Below are positions 43,228 to 54,497 of a stretch of DNA of 64,000 bases, piece by piece. A model generated the notes under the pieces. That model was not told the DNA's origin and ran no database searches. It saw nothing but the letters and a program-made list of their open reading frames with translations. The position numbers and the translations under genes were made by a program. The DNA is from Alphaproteobacteria bacterium. GTDB taxonomy: Bacteria > Pseudomonadota > Alphaproteobacteria > UBA2136 > JAPKEQ01. Location: positions 5,620-69,619 of the forward strand of contig JAPKEQ010000001.1 in the NCBI GenBank assembly GCA_028821995.1. Direction: 5' to 3'. How positions within the stretch are numbered: the first letter of the stretch is position 1; each line of letters starts with the position of its first letter.

Positions 43228-43506
43228 TTAGTGCAGCTCAAAGCGATAAGCCTCTCCGTCAGCGTATAAGCCTTCTATGTGAAAAAGGCCATAGCGCCTT
43301 GGAGAATCCAAAAAAATAGAGGCACTTGTCAGATGTATTATCACACCATACTGCGCCCTATAATAAGTTACGGAAGATCCCTCCATAACCGCAAAACTGC
43401 TGCCATCAGGAAGATAAATTTGATTGCTTACACCGTCCCAAATTTCATCCAAAGAGCCGTTCAGCCCAATGTTATCTTGAAACTGGCTTACTATATATTT
43501 AGACAT
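43228..43506 (-). CDS. Hypothetical protein (92 aa)
   Basis: ORF only. Confidence 0.4.
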   Translation of the reverse strand: MSKYIVSQFQDNIGLNGSLDEIWDGVSNQIYLPDGSSFAVMEGSSVTYYRAQYGVIIHLTSASIFLDSPRRYGLFHIEGLYADGEAYRFELH

Positions 43507-43710
43507 TTACACCCTTCCCGTTCAAAGTGCTCAATTGGCAATCCCGTCTGAAAGACACGAAAATAATGAATTAACCACATGATGCAAAAACCTTATCAAA
43601 AAAGTAAATATCGCTATGTGCTAGCATTGGGGTACCCCTAGAAAAACAGCAAAAAGATGAGATATCTTTATCCTTATAAAGGATTATATATCAGCAAGCA
43701 ACCAATACAT

Positions 43711-43740
43711 AAAAAGCCCCGCACATGCGGGGCTTTTTGC
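43711..43740 (-). terminator. Rho-independent terminator of the str operon (after fusA)
   Basis: gcaaaaagccccgcatgtgcggggctttttat on the minus strand. Confidence 0.85.
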
Positions 43741-43754
43741 AAAGTTTGCGAGAA

Positions 43755-45845
43755 TTACGCGACTTTTGCGCGACCTTCTTGAACTTCAGCAGTTACATTC
43801 GAAGGTGCTTCGTTGTAATGGCTAAATTCCATTGTGTAGTTCGCACGGCCTTGGCTCATAGAGCGAAGGTTTGTTACGTAACCAAACATGTTAGCAAGTG
43901 GAACTTCAGCAGTAATCACTTTAGCGCCAAACTTATCTTCGTTTCCGCTAATTTGACCACGACGAGAACTTAGGTCACCAATAATGTCACCCATGTAATC
44001 TTCTGGAGTTGTTACTTCAACCTTCATCATTGGCTCAAGGAGAACTGCGCCACACTTTTTCTTCGCGTCACGTACTGCAAGAATACCAGCCATCTTAAAT
44101 GCCGCCTCAGATGAATCGACATCGTGGTAGCTACCATCAAACAGAGTTGCTTTTACGTCAATAAGCGGGTAACCAGCTACAACACCGCCTTTAAGGGCTT
44201 CTTCGATACCTTGGTTAATAGCGTTAAAGTATTCCTTAGGAACAACACCACCAACAATCTTAGATTCGAACTCATAACCTTCACCACGTTCGCGAGGCTC
44301 AAAGTGTACATTTACATGACCGTACTGACCACGTCCACCAGACTGCTTCACGTGCTTACCATCAGCATCACCAGCAACGGTAAATGTTTCACGGTAGGCA
44401 ACTTGAGGCGCACCAACGTTACATTCAACTTTGAATTCACGCTTTAGGCGATCAACCATAATTTCAAGGTGAAGCTCACCAACACCATGGATCAGTGTTT
44501 GGCCAGACTCTTCGTCTGTGTTCACGCGGAAAGATGGATCTTCAGCAACAAGCTTACCAAGAGCAATACCCATTTTCTCCTGAGAATCTTTTGTCTTTGG
44601 CTCAATCGCCATAGAGATTACAGGTTCCATTGGAATAATTGTCTCAAGAATCACTTTTTTGCTCTCGTCGCAAATTGTGTCACCAGTTGTTGTGGCTTTA
44701 AGACCTACAACAGCACCAATTTCACCAGCTACAAGTTCAGTTGCTTCTTCACGCTTGTTTGCATGCATTTTCACAATACGACCAACGCGCTCTTTTTTGC
44801 CTTTAATAGAGTTAAAGACGTAAGAACCGCTCTTAATTGTACCTGTGTAAACACGCACAAATGTTAGCGTACCAACAAATGGGTCAGTTGCAATTTTAAA
44901 TGCTAGAGCTGACATAGGCTCGTTATCTGCAACTTTAAGAAGGATTTCATCGCCGTTGCTCTCAAGGTTAGCCTTAAGCTTCTCTTCAGATACTTCATCA
45001 GGAGAAGGAAGGTAATCTAGAACAGCATCAAGAAGTGTTTGAACACCCTTGTTCTTAAATGCAGTACCACAAAGTACTGGGAAGAAAGCCATGCTTAGAG
45101 TCGCTTTACGAATAAGAACCTTAAGCTCTTCTTCAGTTGGCTCAGTCCCTTCAAGGTAAGCTTCCATAGCAGCGTCATCTTGCTCAACAGCAGCTTCAAC
45201 AAGCTCGCCGCGTAGTTCAAGAGCACGATCCATAAGGTCAGCAGGAACTTCTTCAACTTCATAGTCAGCACCCATGCTCTCATCATTCCAGACAATTGCT
45301 TTCATGCTTACAAGGTCAACAAGACCTTTAAAGTTGTCTTCGGCACCAATTGGCATTTGAATAGGAACAGCTGTCGCGTTTAGGCGATCACGGATCATAT
45401 CAACACCTTGATCAAAATCTGCACCAGTACGGTCCATTTTGTTAATAAAGCAAAGACGAGGTACACCGTAGTTGTTTGCGTGGCGCCAGTTTGTTTCAGA
45501 CTGAGGCTCAACACCACCTACTGAACAAAAGACTGCAACCAAACCATCAAGTACACGTACAGAACGTTTTACTTCAATGTTGAAGTCAACGTGTCCTGGT
45601 GTATCAATAATGTTAATTTGGTAGTCTTTCCAAGAACAAGTTGTTGCAGCAGAGGTAATTGTAATACCACGTTCCTGCTCTTGTTCCATCCAGTCCATAG
45701 TCGCGGCACCATCGTGTACTTCACCAATTTTGTGCTCACGGCCAGTGTAAAATAGAATACGTTCTGTTGTCGTTGTTTTACCAGCATCAACGTGGGCCAT
45801 AATCCCGATGTTTCTGCAATGGTCTAAGGCATATTCACGAGCCAT
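43755..45845 (-). CDS. fusA: Elongation factor G
   Basis: 696 aa with [16 protein letters not shown]1 motif, [13 protein letters not shown] and the full EF-G domain IV/V sequence. Confidence 0.98.
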   Translation of the reverse strand: MAREYALDHCRNIGIMAHVDAGKTTTTERILFYTGREHKIGEVHDGAATMDWMEQEQERGITITSAATTCSWKDYQINIIDTPGHVDFNIEVKRSVRVLDGLVAVFCSVGGVEPQSETNWRHANNYGVPRLCFINKMDRTGADFDQGVDMIRDRLNATAVPIQMPIGAEDNFKGLVDLVSMKAIVWNDESMGADYEVEEVPADLMDRALELRGELVEAAVEQDDAAMEAYLEGTEPTEEELKVLIRKATLSMAFFPVLCGTAFKNKGVQTLLDAVLDYLPSPDEVSEEKLKANLESNGDEILLKVADNEPMSALAFKIATDPFVGTLTFVRVYTGTIKSGSYVFNSIKGKKERVGRIVKMHANKREEATELVAGEIGAVVGLKATTTGDTICDESKKVILETIIPMEPVISMAIEPKTKDSQEKMGIALGKLVAEDPSFRVNTDEESGQTLIHGVGELHLEIMVDRLKREFKVECNVGAPQVAYRETFTVAGDADGKHVKQSGGRGQYGHVNVHFEPRERGEGYEFESKIVGGVVPKEYFNAINQGIEEALKGGVVAGYPLIDVKATLFDGSYHDVDSSEAAFKMAGILAVRDAKKKCGAVLLEPMMKVEVTTPEDYMGDIIGDLSSRRGQISGNEDKFGAKVITAEVPLANMFGYVTNLRSMSQGRANYTMEFSHYNEAPSNVTAEVQEGRAKVA

Positions 45846-45944
45846 TGTTTTCTCCTTGTGTGCGATTCAATTGCACCGATTATTAAAGATTTTTTTTCTT
45901 AAGTAAAAAGTGGGGCGAGCGCATGCGCCCGCCCCAAAGTTCGG

Positions 45945-46801
<857 letters not shown>

Positions 46802-47052
46802 TATTTTCACCTTTTCTGTTAACTTCAATCACCCATTAGCACCGGCATCATAAAATGATATACCGCATGCACCACCTTTTTTGTGGCGGGTGTCTTTACT
46901 GTTTTTGCTTCAATTAATGCATTGAAAACAATCACTTAACATTTACCCATTTCTAAGCAGAGTAAAGTGATAGAGCTCTTATAGAGGAGAGAGGGCCAAT
47001 TGTCAAGTCTAGCCGCCATATTTTATATAATCTATTCAGAGAGATAAATGGC

Positions 47053-47640
47053 CTAAAAAGAAGGCGCCAGCGCAGAAATCATCACCCAGCTTGCGCCTGG
47101 CGCGCGCTGACAAAACAAACCTCTTGTTTTATGTTGCTGAGCGCCACCTGTGATCAGCACCACAGCATCCCTACATCTGCCACCACTATAATAAGGCTGG
47201 TAAATTGGCGAATTCGGTTTAAATAAGAAATTTTGCACCCCAGCCTTCCAACGCACCTCACCCCCAGGTGGGGTTGTTTCAAGGGCATCCTCAAGGCGTT
47301 TCCTTTGAAGTGCTCCAGAAAAAACAACACCACTACCTAAGCCGCCTTCAGAAGGAACCCACAATGAAAATCCTTGTGCATCGCCCTGTTCTTGCTCCAA
47401 AGGTATAATAGGTTCCACTTGCATATCCGCCTTTGCTTCATCTAATGCAGAAATATAAGAGTGAACAATGCCAGCACTTTCAGGTGTTACAGCCTCTTCG
47501 CGGCCCGCGCTTACATATGGCTGAGCAAGAGGATGGTTGCTTGAGTAGCGATGACCATTATCATTATAAGAATAGTAATGCCCACAAGCTGACAAGGTAG
47601 CAGCAAGACTAACTATTGGAATGAGCGTTAAAAATTTCAT
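47053..47640 (-). CDS. Hypothetical lipoprotein
   Basis: Lipobox LSACGH. No confident domain. Confidence 0.5.
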   Translation of the reverse strand: MKFLTLIPIVSLAATLSACGHYYSYNDNGHRYSSNHPLAQPYVSAGREEAVTPESAGIVHSYISALDEAKADMQVEPIIPLEQEQGDAQGFSLWVPSEGGLGSGVVFSGALQRKRLEDALETTPPGGEVRWKAGVQNFLFKPNSPIYQPYYSGGRCRDAVVLITGGAQQHKTRGLFCQRAPGASWVMISALAPSF

Positions 47641-47772
47641 ACCCGCTAGTTTAACAAAAAAAATTTATTTCGCTACCCTTCTCTTGCACAATGAACAAAA
47701 ACACCCTACAGTTTATGTATACACTAAACTTCTCTTACCTTCCTCTCCCCCTTACCATAAGGAGTCTCTCCT

Positions 47773-48168
47773 ATGATTGCTCACTATACCCGCGTGGCAA
47801 TCGAACACGCCCAAATTCTCAACACATTCTCCGATTGCGACCTTAAACTCAGGTTTATAGAAGGCACAAAACCGCCATACCTTGAACTCTCCCTTGATGG
47901 CCGCTGCGTTGAAAAACGCTTATTGCCAGACCTTAATGCTGTAAGCGTTCAGGACCTTATCGGCAAACAGATCTGGATTGCCATCATAAACGAAGCTGGA
48001 GAGCAAATTGGTTGCCGTGGCTGGGAATATATTCGCCCTTACAAAGAAGGCGACAACATCAATAATATTCAAAGGTTGCCACTCCCCAAACCAACATCCA
48101 ACTGGGAACTCCTTGCGCGCATATCGCAAAACCTTCGCAATAGAGGCCCTCAGCCTCCCCTCCATTAA
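47773..48168 (+). CDS. Hypothetical protein (131 aa)
   Basis: ORF in the divergent gap. No motif. Confidence 0.4.
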   Translation: MIAHYTRVAIEHAQILNTFSDCDLKLRFIEGTKPPYLELSLDGRCVEKRLLPDLNAVSVQDLIGKQIWIAIINEAGEQIGCRGWEYIRPYKEGDNINNIQRLPLPKPTSNWELLARISQNLRNRGPQPPLH

Positions 48169-48191
48169 TCGATTTCAAAAAAATGCATCCG

Positions 48192-48989
48192 TTACGGGCG
48201 CATTTTTTTTTGCAGAACCTCATAGGCTGCATTGATTTCAGCAATCTTGATTTCTGCTTTTTGAATTTGCTTTTCACCTTTACCTGCTGCACGCACCTTA
48301 TCTGGATGGTATTGGTGAGCCAGTTTCCTGTAAGCTTTTTTAAGGTCAGAGGCCGAAACACTCTGCTTCACCCCTAAAACAGCATAAGGACTTTTATTCC
48401 CATACGCGCGCGTTACGAGCGGATCGTCCTCAACATCTCTCTCTTTTTTCTCAGAGGATTTTGTCGTTTTTTTAGAAGCATGCCCGCCCTTAGTCTTTAC
48501 ATCAGCCCAGTTTACAGAAGGAAGGCCAAAGGTTTTTAAAAGCTCCTCAACCCTTGCCCTTCCAGCACTGCCTTGTAACACTCCAAGCTGAACAGCTACG
48601 CCCCCAACAATAGCAAGCATGTAAGGGTCAGCGTCGCAAGAGGTCTTCATATCATCAACAAGTGCAGAAAAATTCCTATGGCTCTTTTTTGCTTGCCGCA
48701 TAATACGGTTCGCGACAGATTTATCCTTTGCTGAAATGTAGACACCAGCCTGAATTGCTTGCAGGTCTGCCTGCGTTACACGCCCTTTAGCTTTTGCTAT
48801 AAAAGTTAATATCTGCAAAAAATGCACAGAAAACTCTTGCATCCAAAAAGATTCTTTAGCTTTTTTAAGCTGGCGTTTCAAATATAATTCATCCACCAAA
48901 ATACCAAAAATCAAGCCAATTAGCACACCTTGCGGAAACCAATCCACCATTAAACCAGCAAATACCCCAACAGCTTTCCCTGCAATCAC
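48192..48989 (-). CDS. djlA: DjlA-type membrane-anchored J-domain co-chaperone
   Basis: N-terminal TM, a central TerB-like region and the C-terminal J domain (SPYAVLGVKQSVSASDLKKAYRKLAHQYHPDKV). Confidence 0.8.
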   Translation of the reverse strand: MIAGKAVGVFAGLMVDWFPQGVLIGLIFGILVDELYLKRQLKKAKESFWMQEFSVHFLQILTFIAKAKGRVTQADLQAIQAGVYISAKDKSVANRIMRQAKKSHRNFSALVDDMKTSCDADPYMLAIVGGVAVQLGVLQGSAGRARVEELLKTFGLPSVNWADVKTKGGHASKKTTKSSEKKERDVEDDPLVTRAYGNKSPYAVLGVKQSVSASDLKKAYRKLAHQYHPDKVRAAGKGEKQIQKAEIKIAEINAAYEVLQKKMRP

Positions 48990-49111
48990 TCTTAAAAAAC
49001 TCTCTTTTTTAACTTAAATCCATTTCAAGGAGTCATGAAACTTGACGTTCACTCAAGCACGCGTTTATTATGCACGAAGGTACAGACATTTTAAGAAAAA
49101 AGGTAAAATTC

Positions 49112-49645
49112 ATGTCCCCTTCTACACGCGCATTTATGGTTTTGGTCCTTATTGCTGATTTTTTTGCCATTATTTATTTTGGCGGACACTTTGTTATTAC
49201 GGGTGCCGTCCTGCCACATAACGCTCATGCGGAAGAAAACATGATTGCCAAAGCCGAAGACCCTGGCAGCAGCGCTGACCACGGTATAAAGGTTGCTGAA
49301 GTCGCGCCTTTTGATATTCATACATTTGAAGCTGACGCTGCCAAAGGCGCTAAAATTTCTGGTAAATGTAAAGCTTGTCACAGCTTTAACAGCGGTGGTA
49401 AAAACTCAATTGGCCCGAACCTATGGGGTATTTTCAATTCACCTATTATGAATAATAGTACATTTTCTTACAGTGCGGCCTTCCAAGGTAAAAAAGGAGA
49501 GCTCGTCTGGGATAAAGATGCCCTTAATGACTACCTTAAAAATCCCAAGAAATATATTAAGGGTACAAAAATGGCCTTTCCTGGTATCAGAAAAGATGCA
49601 GATCGTGCCCATCTCATTGCATGGCTTGAGACACTGTCAGAATAA
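49112..49645 (+). CDS. Membrane-anchored mono-haem cytochrome c (CycM-like)
   Basis: N-terminal signal anchor and the CKACH haem-binding motif plus a Met ligand context (KMAFPGI). Confidence 0.85.
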   Translation: MSPSTRAFMVLVLIADFFAIIYFGGHFVITGAVLPHNAHAEENMIAKAEDPGSSADHGIKVAEVAPFDIHTFEADAAKGAKISGKCKACHSFNSGGKNSIGPNLWGIFNSPIMNNSTFSYSAAFQGKKGELVWDKDALNDYLKNPKKYIKGTKMAFPGIRKDADRAHLIAWLETLSE

Positions 49646-49665
49646 CCCCCTGACATAAAACAGGA

Positions 49666-49704
49666 AAAGGAATGTAACGACTCGTTACATTCCTTTTTTA
49701 TTTG
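49666..49704 (+). terminator. Rho-independent terminator with a perfect 11-bp palindromic stem
   Basis: ggaatgtaacgactcgttacattccttttttatttg. Confidence 0.8.
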
Positions 49705-49831
49705 CAAAACTATCACACAACATTGTTTTAATTGGTTTTTTTATTGGCTACATGTCTTTTTTTACTACATGTCAGTTACAATTAGAATGTAACGTCATAA
49801 TACAATGCAACTTATCGACTGGAGAAAAATT

Positions 49832-50401
49832 ATGTTGAGTTTAAAAAAATTTAAAAATCAAAAAGGTGCCATGTTTGGTCTAGATGCCCGTGTCGCCCTT
49901 GCAATTTTTGGTGGTCTTTCTGTTATTGCGGGTGCCGCAGTATTTAGTAGTATTAGTGAAACGCGTGTAACGTCACTTATCACAGAGTTTGATAACGTTT
50001 CAAAAGGTTACATCAACTACGTATTTGATACAGGTGTTGATACACTCACTTTTGACGACATGCTCGCTGACCCAGGTAACCCTGTTGTTGGTTGGTCTGG
50101 CCCATACCTAACAGTAGCCAGTGACAACCAAACAACATACGGCACTTACAGCTATGACGAAGGTCCGGATTCTGCTGGCGCAGACCCTACAAGTAACGCT
50201 TGCGCCACAATTTGCTATGTATGGCTAGAGCTTACTGGCGTTCCAACATCAATTGCCATTAGCGTTGATAACGCTATTGATGGAGATGATACACCTATAA
50301 CAGGTACACCAACAGCAGGTAATTTCCGATTCGTAGATACTGCAGGAACATCTGTAACACGCTTTAAACTATCTCGTTGCCAAACTGCAACCTGCGCATA
50401 A
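49832..50401 (+). CDS. Pilin-like protein (candidate major subunit). Basic leader ending in Gly, hydrophobic N-terminal helix, C-terminal Cys pairs
   Basis: MLSLKKFKNQKG|AMFGLDARVALAIFGGLSVIAGAAVF...NACATICYVW...SRCQTATCA. GGAG RBS 6 nt upstream. Followed by a hairpin. Confidence 0.6.
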   Translation: MLSLKKFKNQKGAMFGLDARVALAIFGGLSVIAGAAVFSSISETRVTSLITEFDNVSKGYINYVFDTGVDTLTFDDMLADPGNPVVGWSGPYLTVASDNQTTYGTYSYDEGPDSAGADPTSNACATICYVWLELTGVPTSIAISVDNAIDGDDTPITGTPTAGNFRFVDTAGTSVTRFKLSRCQTATCA

Positions 50402-50445
50402 TTTAAGCCTACCGCTTAAATTTGTGCTTATTTAGCAACGGCGAA

Positions 50446-50480
50446 AACGGCCTCGTAACATATGCGAGGCCGTTTTCATG
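50446..50480 (+). terminator. Terminator or attenuator hairpin after the pilin-like gene
   Basis: gaaaacggcctcgtaacatatgcgaggccgttttcatg: 12-bp perfect stem followed by UUUU. Confidence 0.6.
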
Positions 50481-50560
50481 TCTAATACACAGAGAAAGGT
50501 TGAGTTCTGCCCCTCTTCTTTGCCATAATGGAATATAAGAAAAAGAAAGCGATGTAATAG

Positions 50561-52258
50561 ATGGACATTGTCGATCTCATGATCAGTGATCAGGTGATCA
50601 ACATAGCAGACCTACAAGGTCTGCCTGTTACTGTGCAAAAAGATCCGGAACAACTTATTGATGCCCTTGGTAAGGCCGGTAAGCTTTCTGAGATGCAACA
50701 GTCTCGTTACAAAGCTATCGCTTATGATTACCCTGTCAGAACAGACGAAGAAATGTCCCGCACCACACCTCACCAAGTGGACGGGGTCAACGCTGACTTT
50801 ATGAATTTTTATACGGCCTGCCCTATTGAACTTGGGCGCGGTGCGATCACTTGGGCTTCCGCAGATTTACCAAACAAACGTCTACTGAGCGAAATTGTAC
50901 TCAGGCACCGTAAAAACAGGCACCAATTTGTATGGGCTTCTGCAAAGTCTATTGAATCTGCAATTGAGCGCATGTCTAAGCGTGAAGGGCACTCTCTCAA
51001 ATTCCTTGTAGAAACTGCCTATGCACAAATTAACGCGGGTAATGATGATGCAATTGTCCACCTTACTGATGAAATCATCAGAACAGCTTACAAAAACAAC
51101 GCATCAGATCTACACATTGAAATCTTGAACCGTAAACCTACGGTTATGGCGCGTATTGATGGTGAACTTGAAGAACTTGTACCGCTTCCTATTGAAGTTT
51201 ACGAGCGTGTTGTTGGTCGCTTACGTCACATGGCCGGTGTACGTGCTGAAAACTATAAAAAACCGCTCTACGGACGTATGACATTTGAACTTTCTGCTCG
51301 CCAGCATATTGATATTCGTTATACAACGCAGCCAATTACCCTTGAGAGCACGGCAAAAATTGCAATGCGTTTCCTAAAACCGTTTGAAGGTAGTATTGAT
51401 AACTTCGGTTGGCGTAAAGACAGTATTGGCAGGCTTGATGTTCTTATGCGCTTTGAGGAGGGATGTATTATTTTTGCAGGACCTACGGGTTCTGGTAAAT
51501 CAACAGGCGCACGTATGATTATTCGTCGCGGTCAACGCCCGGGTCAAAACGTAATTTCATACGAAAAGCAAATTGAGGAACGTATGGATAACGTAATCCA
51601 AACGGAAGAAGACCTTAGTGCAGGACTAAACCTTGAATCCTTCATGTATGCTGCACTTGGTCTTGACCCTGATGTTCTCTTTATTGGTGAGGTACGTAGC
51701 CCAGAAGATACGCGCCGATGCATTGATGCAGGTAACCTTGGTCACCTTGTTATTACAACCATGCACGCCAACGACACATTTATGACCCTTGACCGTCTTG
51801 TGCAGCGCGGTGTGCCTGTGGAGCAAATTTTCTCTAATGTTCGCGGCATTATCGCCCAAAGGCTCGTTAAAAGGCTCTGCAACAAATGTAAAGTTCCACT
51901 TGAACTTGATGCTGAATTTACGGAACAGCTGAATAGTTTACGCCCCCTTGATTTTAAAGAGGGTGACGTTATTTATAAAGCCAATGTTAATGGTTGTGAA
52001 CATTGCCGCCATAGAGGGTATATTGGCCGTATTGCTATCGAAGAAATTTTAGAGTTATGGCGTAAAGATATTACCCGCAACATTTGGACAAGCACAGCGC
52101 TTAGACCTGATTGGATTGATATTATCCGTAAGCAAGCTGTAGAAATTGGAATGCCTGATATGCTGACGCAGGGTATTTCTCAAGTAAAAACTGGGGTAAC
52201 ATCCCTTGAAGAACTAGAAAGATTTTTCAGTGCAGATTTGGAAACAATTCAGTCGTGA
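50561..52258 (+). CDS. GspE/PilB-family type II/IV secretion ATPase
   Basis: Walker A FAGPTGSGKST, Asp-box region DIRYTTQPITLESTAKIAMRFL, Walker B/His-box VLFIGEVRSPEDTRRCIDAGNLGHLVITTMHANDT, and a tetracysteine zinc motif CNKC...CEHCRHRGY. Confidence 0.88.
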   Translation: MDIVDLMISDQVINIADLQGLPVTVQKDPEQLIDALGKAGKLSEMQQSRYKAIAYDYPVRTDEEMSRTTPHQVDGVNADFMNFYTACPIELGRGAITWASADLPNKRLLSEIVLRHRKNRHQFVWASAKSIESAIERMSKREGHSLKFLVETAYAQINAGNDDAIVHLTDEIIRTAYKNNASDLHIEILNRKPTVMARIDGELEELVPLPIEVYERVVGRLRHMAGVRAENYKKPLYGRMTFELSARQHIDIRYTTQPITLESTAKIAMRFLKPFEGSIDNFGWRKDSIGRLDVLMRFEEGCIIFAGPTGSGKSTGARMIIRRGQRPGQNVISYEKQIEERMDNVIQTEEDLSAGLNLESFMYAALGLDPDVLFIGEVRSPEDTRRCIDAGNLGHLVITTMHANDTFMTLDRLVQRGVPVEQIFSNVRGIIAQRLVKRLCNKCKVPLELDAEFTEQLNSLRPLDFKEGDVIYKANVNGCEHCRHRGYIGRIAIEEILELWRKDITRNIWTSTALRPDWIDIIRKQAVEIGMPDMLTQGISQVKTGVTSLEELERFFSADLETIQS

Positions 52259-53324
52259 TGCTTTAGGCCCTCGGGTCACGGAAATGCGTGCACGCGACCG
52301 TGAACGCATGTTTTTCCTTATGTATCAAATGCTTAAATGTGGTCAAACCACAGAGTCAGCTGTGCGTGCCGTTGCAAAATCTTTTAGATCAGAAGGTAAA
52401 GAGGATATCTCTGCTGCACTTCATGCTATTGCTCAAAAAGTTGCCCAAGGAAAGCCTATGAGTAAATCCATGGAAATGGAATATGTTATGTTTGACGATG
52501 TTCACCGCGCCGCTGTTATGGCAGGGGAAGCCTCAAACTACATGACAGAATCTTTTCATATTTTACAAGTTTTAGAGGATAAAAAAATTGCAGCTTCGCG
52601 CGCTGGGTTGGCTGAACTCCTCACACCTATGCTTATGCTTTGCTTCAGTTTATTTTCTATTTTTAATACAGGCCTTAACACACTGCCTGTCCTTACACAG
52701 CTAAAAACTGCCCAAGGAAAAAAACTTGGCGTAGCACCACGCATGGTTATGGATATGACTGGTTGGTGCGCAGAGCACTGGCATATCCTCCTTGCAATCG
52801 GAATTACCCTTGCTGTGACAGCTTATGCAGGTATCAAATCAACCCAAGGACGATTCTGGTTAGATTACTACACCCTCCGCGTCCCTCTTATGGGTAAGTT
52901 TATCCGCTATAAAACCTATGCAAACATGCTGCTTTATTTTCCGCACCTTGTAGAAAGTGGCGTAAAACCAAAACAAATGATTCCAATCATGGAAGCCATG
53001 TCGACGAATATTGTGCTACGCCGTAAAATTGATGCTTTTAACCAAGTTATTACCACAGGTGGTAAAATGTCTGACGCTATGGAAAAAGCTGGATTCCCTG
53101 GCCTGATTGTAACGCCTATTCGTGTATCAGAAAATTATGCTGGTAGTGATACAGGGACCAACGATGTTATGATTGAAGGTATGAACCATGCTTACTCTAT
53201 CTTAGAACGAGACCTAACTGATACGCACAAACGCTTTATTGGCACGTTCTCGGTTATTTTATGGTTAATGGGTGGTGGCGTCATGCTACTTGAGATGATG
53301 TCAATTGTACTTGCACAGTCGTAG
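52230..53324 (+). CDS. GspF/PilC-family inner-membrane platform protein. Start uncertain (52230 or 52284)
   Basis: Two cytoplasmic helical domains separated by TMs. The second repeat (RVPLMGKFIRYKTYANMLLYFPHLVESGVKP...GFPGLIVTPIRVSENYAGSDTG...ILWLMGGGVMLLEMMSI) follows the T2SSF pattern. Confidence 0.75.
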   Translation: MQIWKQFSRDALGPRVTEMRARDRERMFFLMYQMLKCGQTTESAVRAVAKSFRSEGKEDISAALHAIAQKVAQGKPMSKSMEMEYVMFDDVHRAAVMAGEASNYMTESFHILQVLEDKKIAASRAGLAELLTPMLMLCFSLFSIFNTGLNTLPVLTQLKTAQGKKLGVAPRMVMDMTGWCAEHWHILLAIGITLAVTAYAGIKSTQGRFWLDYYTLRVPLMGKFIRYKTYANMLLYFPHLVESGVKPKQMIPIMEAMSTNIVLRRKIDAFNQVITTGGKMSDAMEKAGFPGLIVTPIRVSENYAGSDTGTNDVMIEGMNHAYSILERDLTDTHKRFIGTFSVILWLMGGGVMLLEMMSIVLAQS

Positions 53325-53336
53325 GAGAAAAAAAGC

Positions 53337-54497
53337 ATGCCTATGATTAAAAGCCTTCTCGGACAACAGTTTAAAAACATCTGTTTTACTGGTTTGAACC
53401 GTGTGGAATACTTACCTGATGGGTCTGACCAGCCTATTTTTGGGGATAGTTGGCAAGACGTATCTGATGATCAAGCTCGCCGTACAATGTGCCTCGCATT
53501 TTTTGCACCAAGAGATCTTTCAGGTGAACCTGTTGATCCCGCATCAATTCTTATTGAGAATTACTCTGATGAGGACGTTCCTGATGCTATAGCAGCAGAA
53601 AGCATTAAACATATTCCTCTTATGGATTATTGCCGTATGCCACCAGCTGACTCAAACACCGTAAACTTTATTGTTGTGGCAGATGTCATCTTCCATTGGG
53701 ATATTAAAGATAACTACTTGCAGCCCACATCCCAGCTTACATGGGTACAAGATATTAAGGCCATTTTAAAATCTTACCCAAGGAGTTACACTAAAAACGT
53801 TTATACTAACTGGCAAAAAGATAAGCTTGAAGAGCTTCGCGTTAATGTTCTTCCGCTGAGAGAATCTCCTGTTTTTAGTGAAGTTTGGCTTAACATGCCA
53901 TCCTTTCAAGAAAAACACGGTAATATTATGCTAACCTTAGGTATCTTGGTATCTCTTGTAGCCTTTGCAATCACCTACATGCAAGATATGAAGATCAAAG
54001 AACTGCAAGATCAAAAAAGATCTGTCGTTACCTCTATGCCATCAGGGCAAAACTATTCTGTCCTCTCAAATCTGATCCGCACGCAACAGCAAAACATGTC
54101 CTATAGAGAGTATTTCCCATTCATACTAAAAGATATTTCGTACGCCATCCAATATTCAGGTATGAAAATTGATTCATTTGAATTAGAGGTCCCAAACCCT
54201 CAGGAAGCGCCTAAAAATCTCCTGCTGACAATTAATGCCAATAGCGATGCTTATGATGGATGGCTTGAGGAAGAGCCTGTGGCCAAATCATTCCTTGCAC
54301 TTAGCAGTACTGTTCAAGCTGTAAGGCGTCAACCTGGAAGCAAGAAAATGAAACTTGAAGGTATTATTCCCCTCATGTCTGCCATAAAAGAGATTCACCC
54401 TTACTTGCAGGAAGCAAGAAAGACAAGAGCCATTGGCAACCGTACTCTTGGTAATACCTCAGAGGAAAAAAACAAAGAGACTGGAGATGACTCATGA
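53337..54497 (+). CDS. Hypothetical bitopic membrane protein (GspL or PilM-N-like topology: cytoplasmic domain, TM, periplasmic domain)
   Basis: Single TM near residue 195 (IMLTLGILVSLVAFAITYM). Assigned by position in the cluster and by topology only. Confidence 0.45.
   Translation: MPMIKSLLGQQFKNICFTGLNRVEYLPDGSDQPIFGDSWQDVSDDQARRTMCLAFFAPRDLSGEPVDPASILIENYSDEDVPDAIAAESIKHIPLMDYCRMPPADSNTVNFIVVADVIFHWDIKDNYLQPTSQLTWVQDIKAILKSYPRSYTKNVYTNWQKDKLEELRVNVLPLRESPVFSEVWLNMPSFQEKHGNIMLTLGILVSLVAFAITYMQDMKIKELQDQKRSVVTSMPSGQNYSVLSNLIRTQQQNMSYREYFPFILKDISYAIQYSGMKIDSFELEVPNPQEAPKNLLLTINANSDAYDGWLEEEPVAKSFLALSSTVQAVRRQPGSKKMKLEGIIPLMSAIKEIHPYLQEARKTRAIGNRTLGNTSEEKNKETGDDS

Noticed and set aside
43620-43640. 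GGGGTACCCC palindrome in the fusA-downstream gap
   Set aside because: A single short palindrome with no flanking T-run or repeated copies; likely chance.
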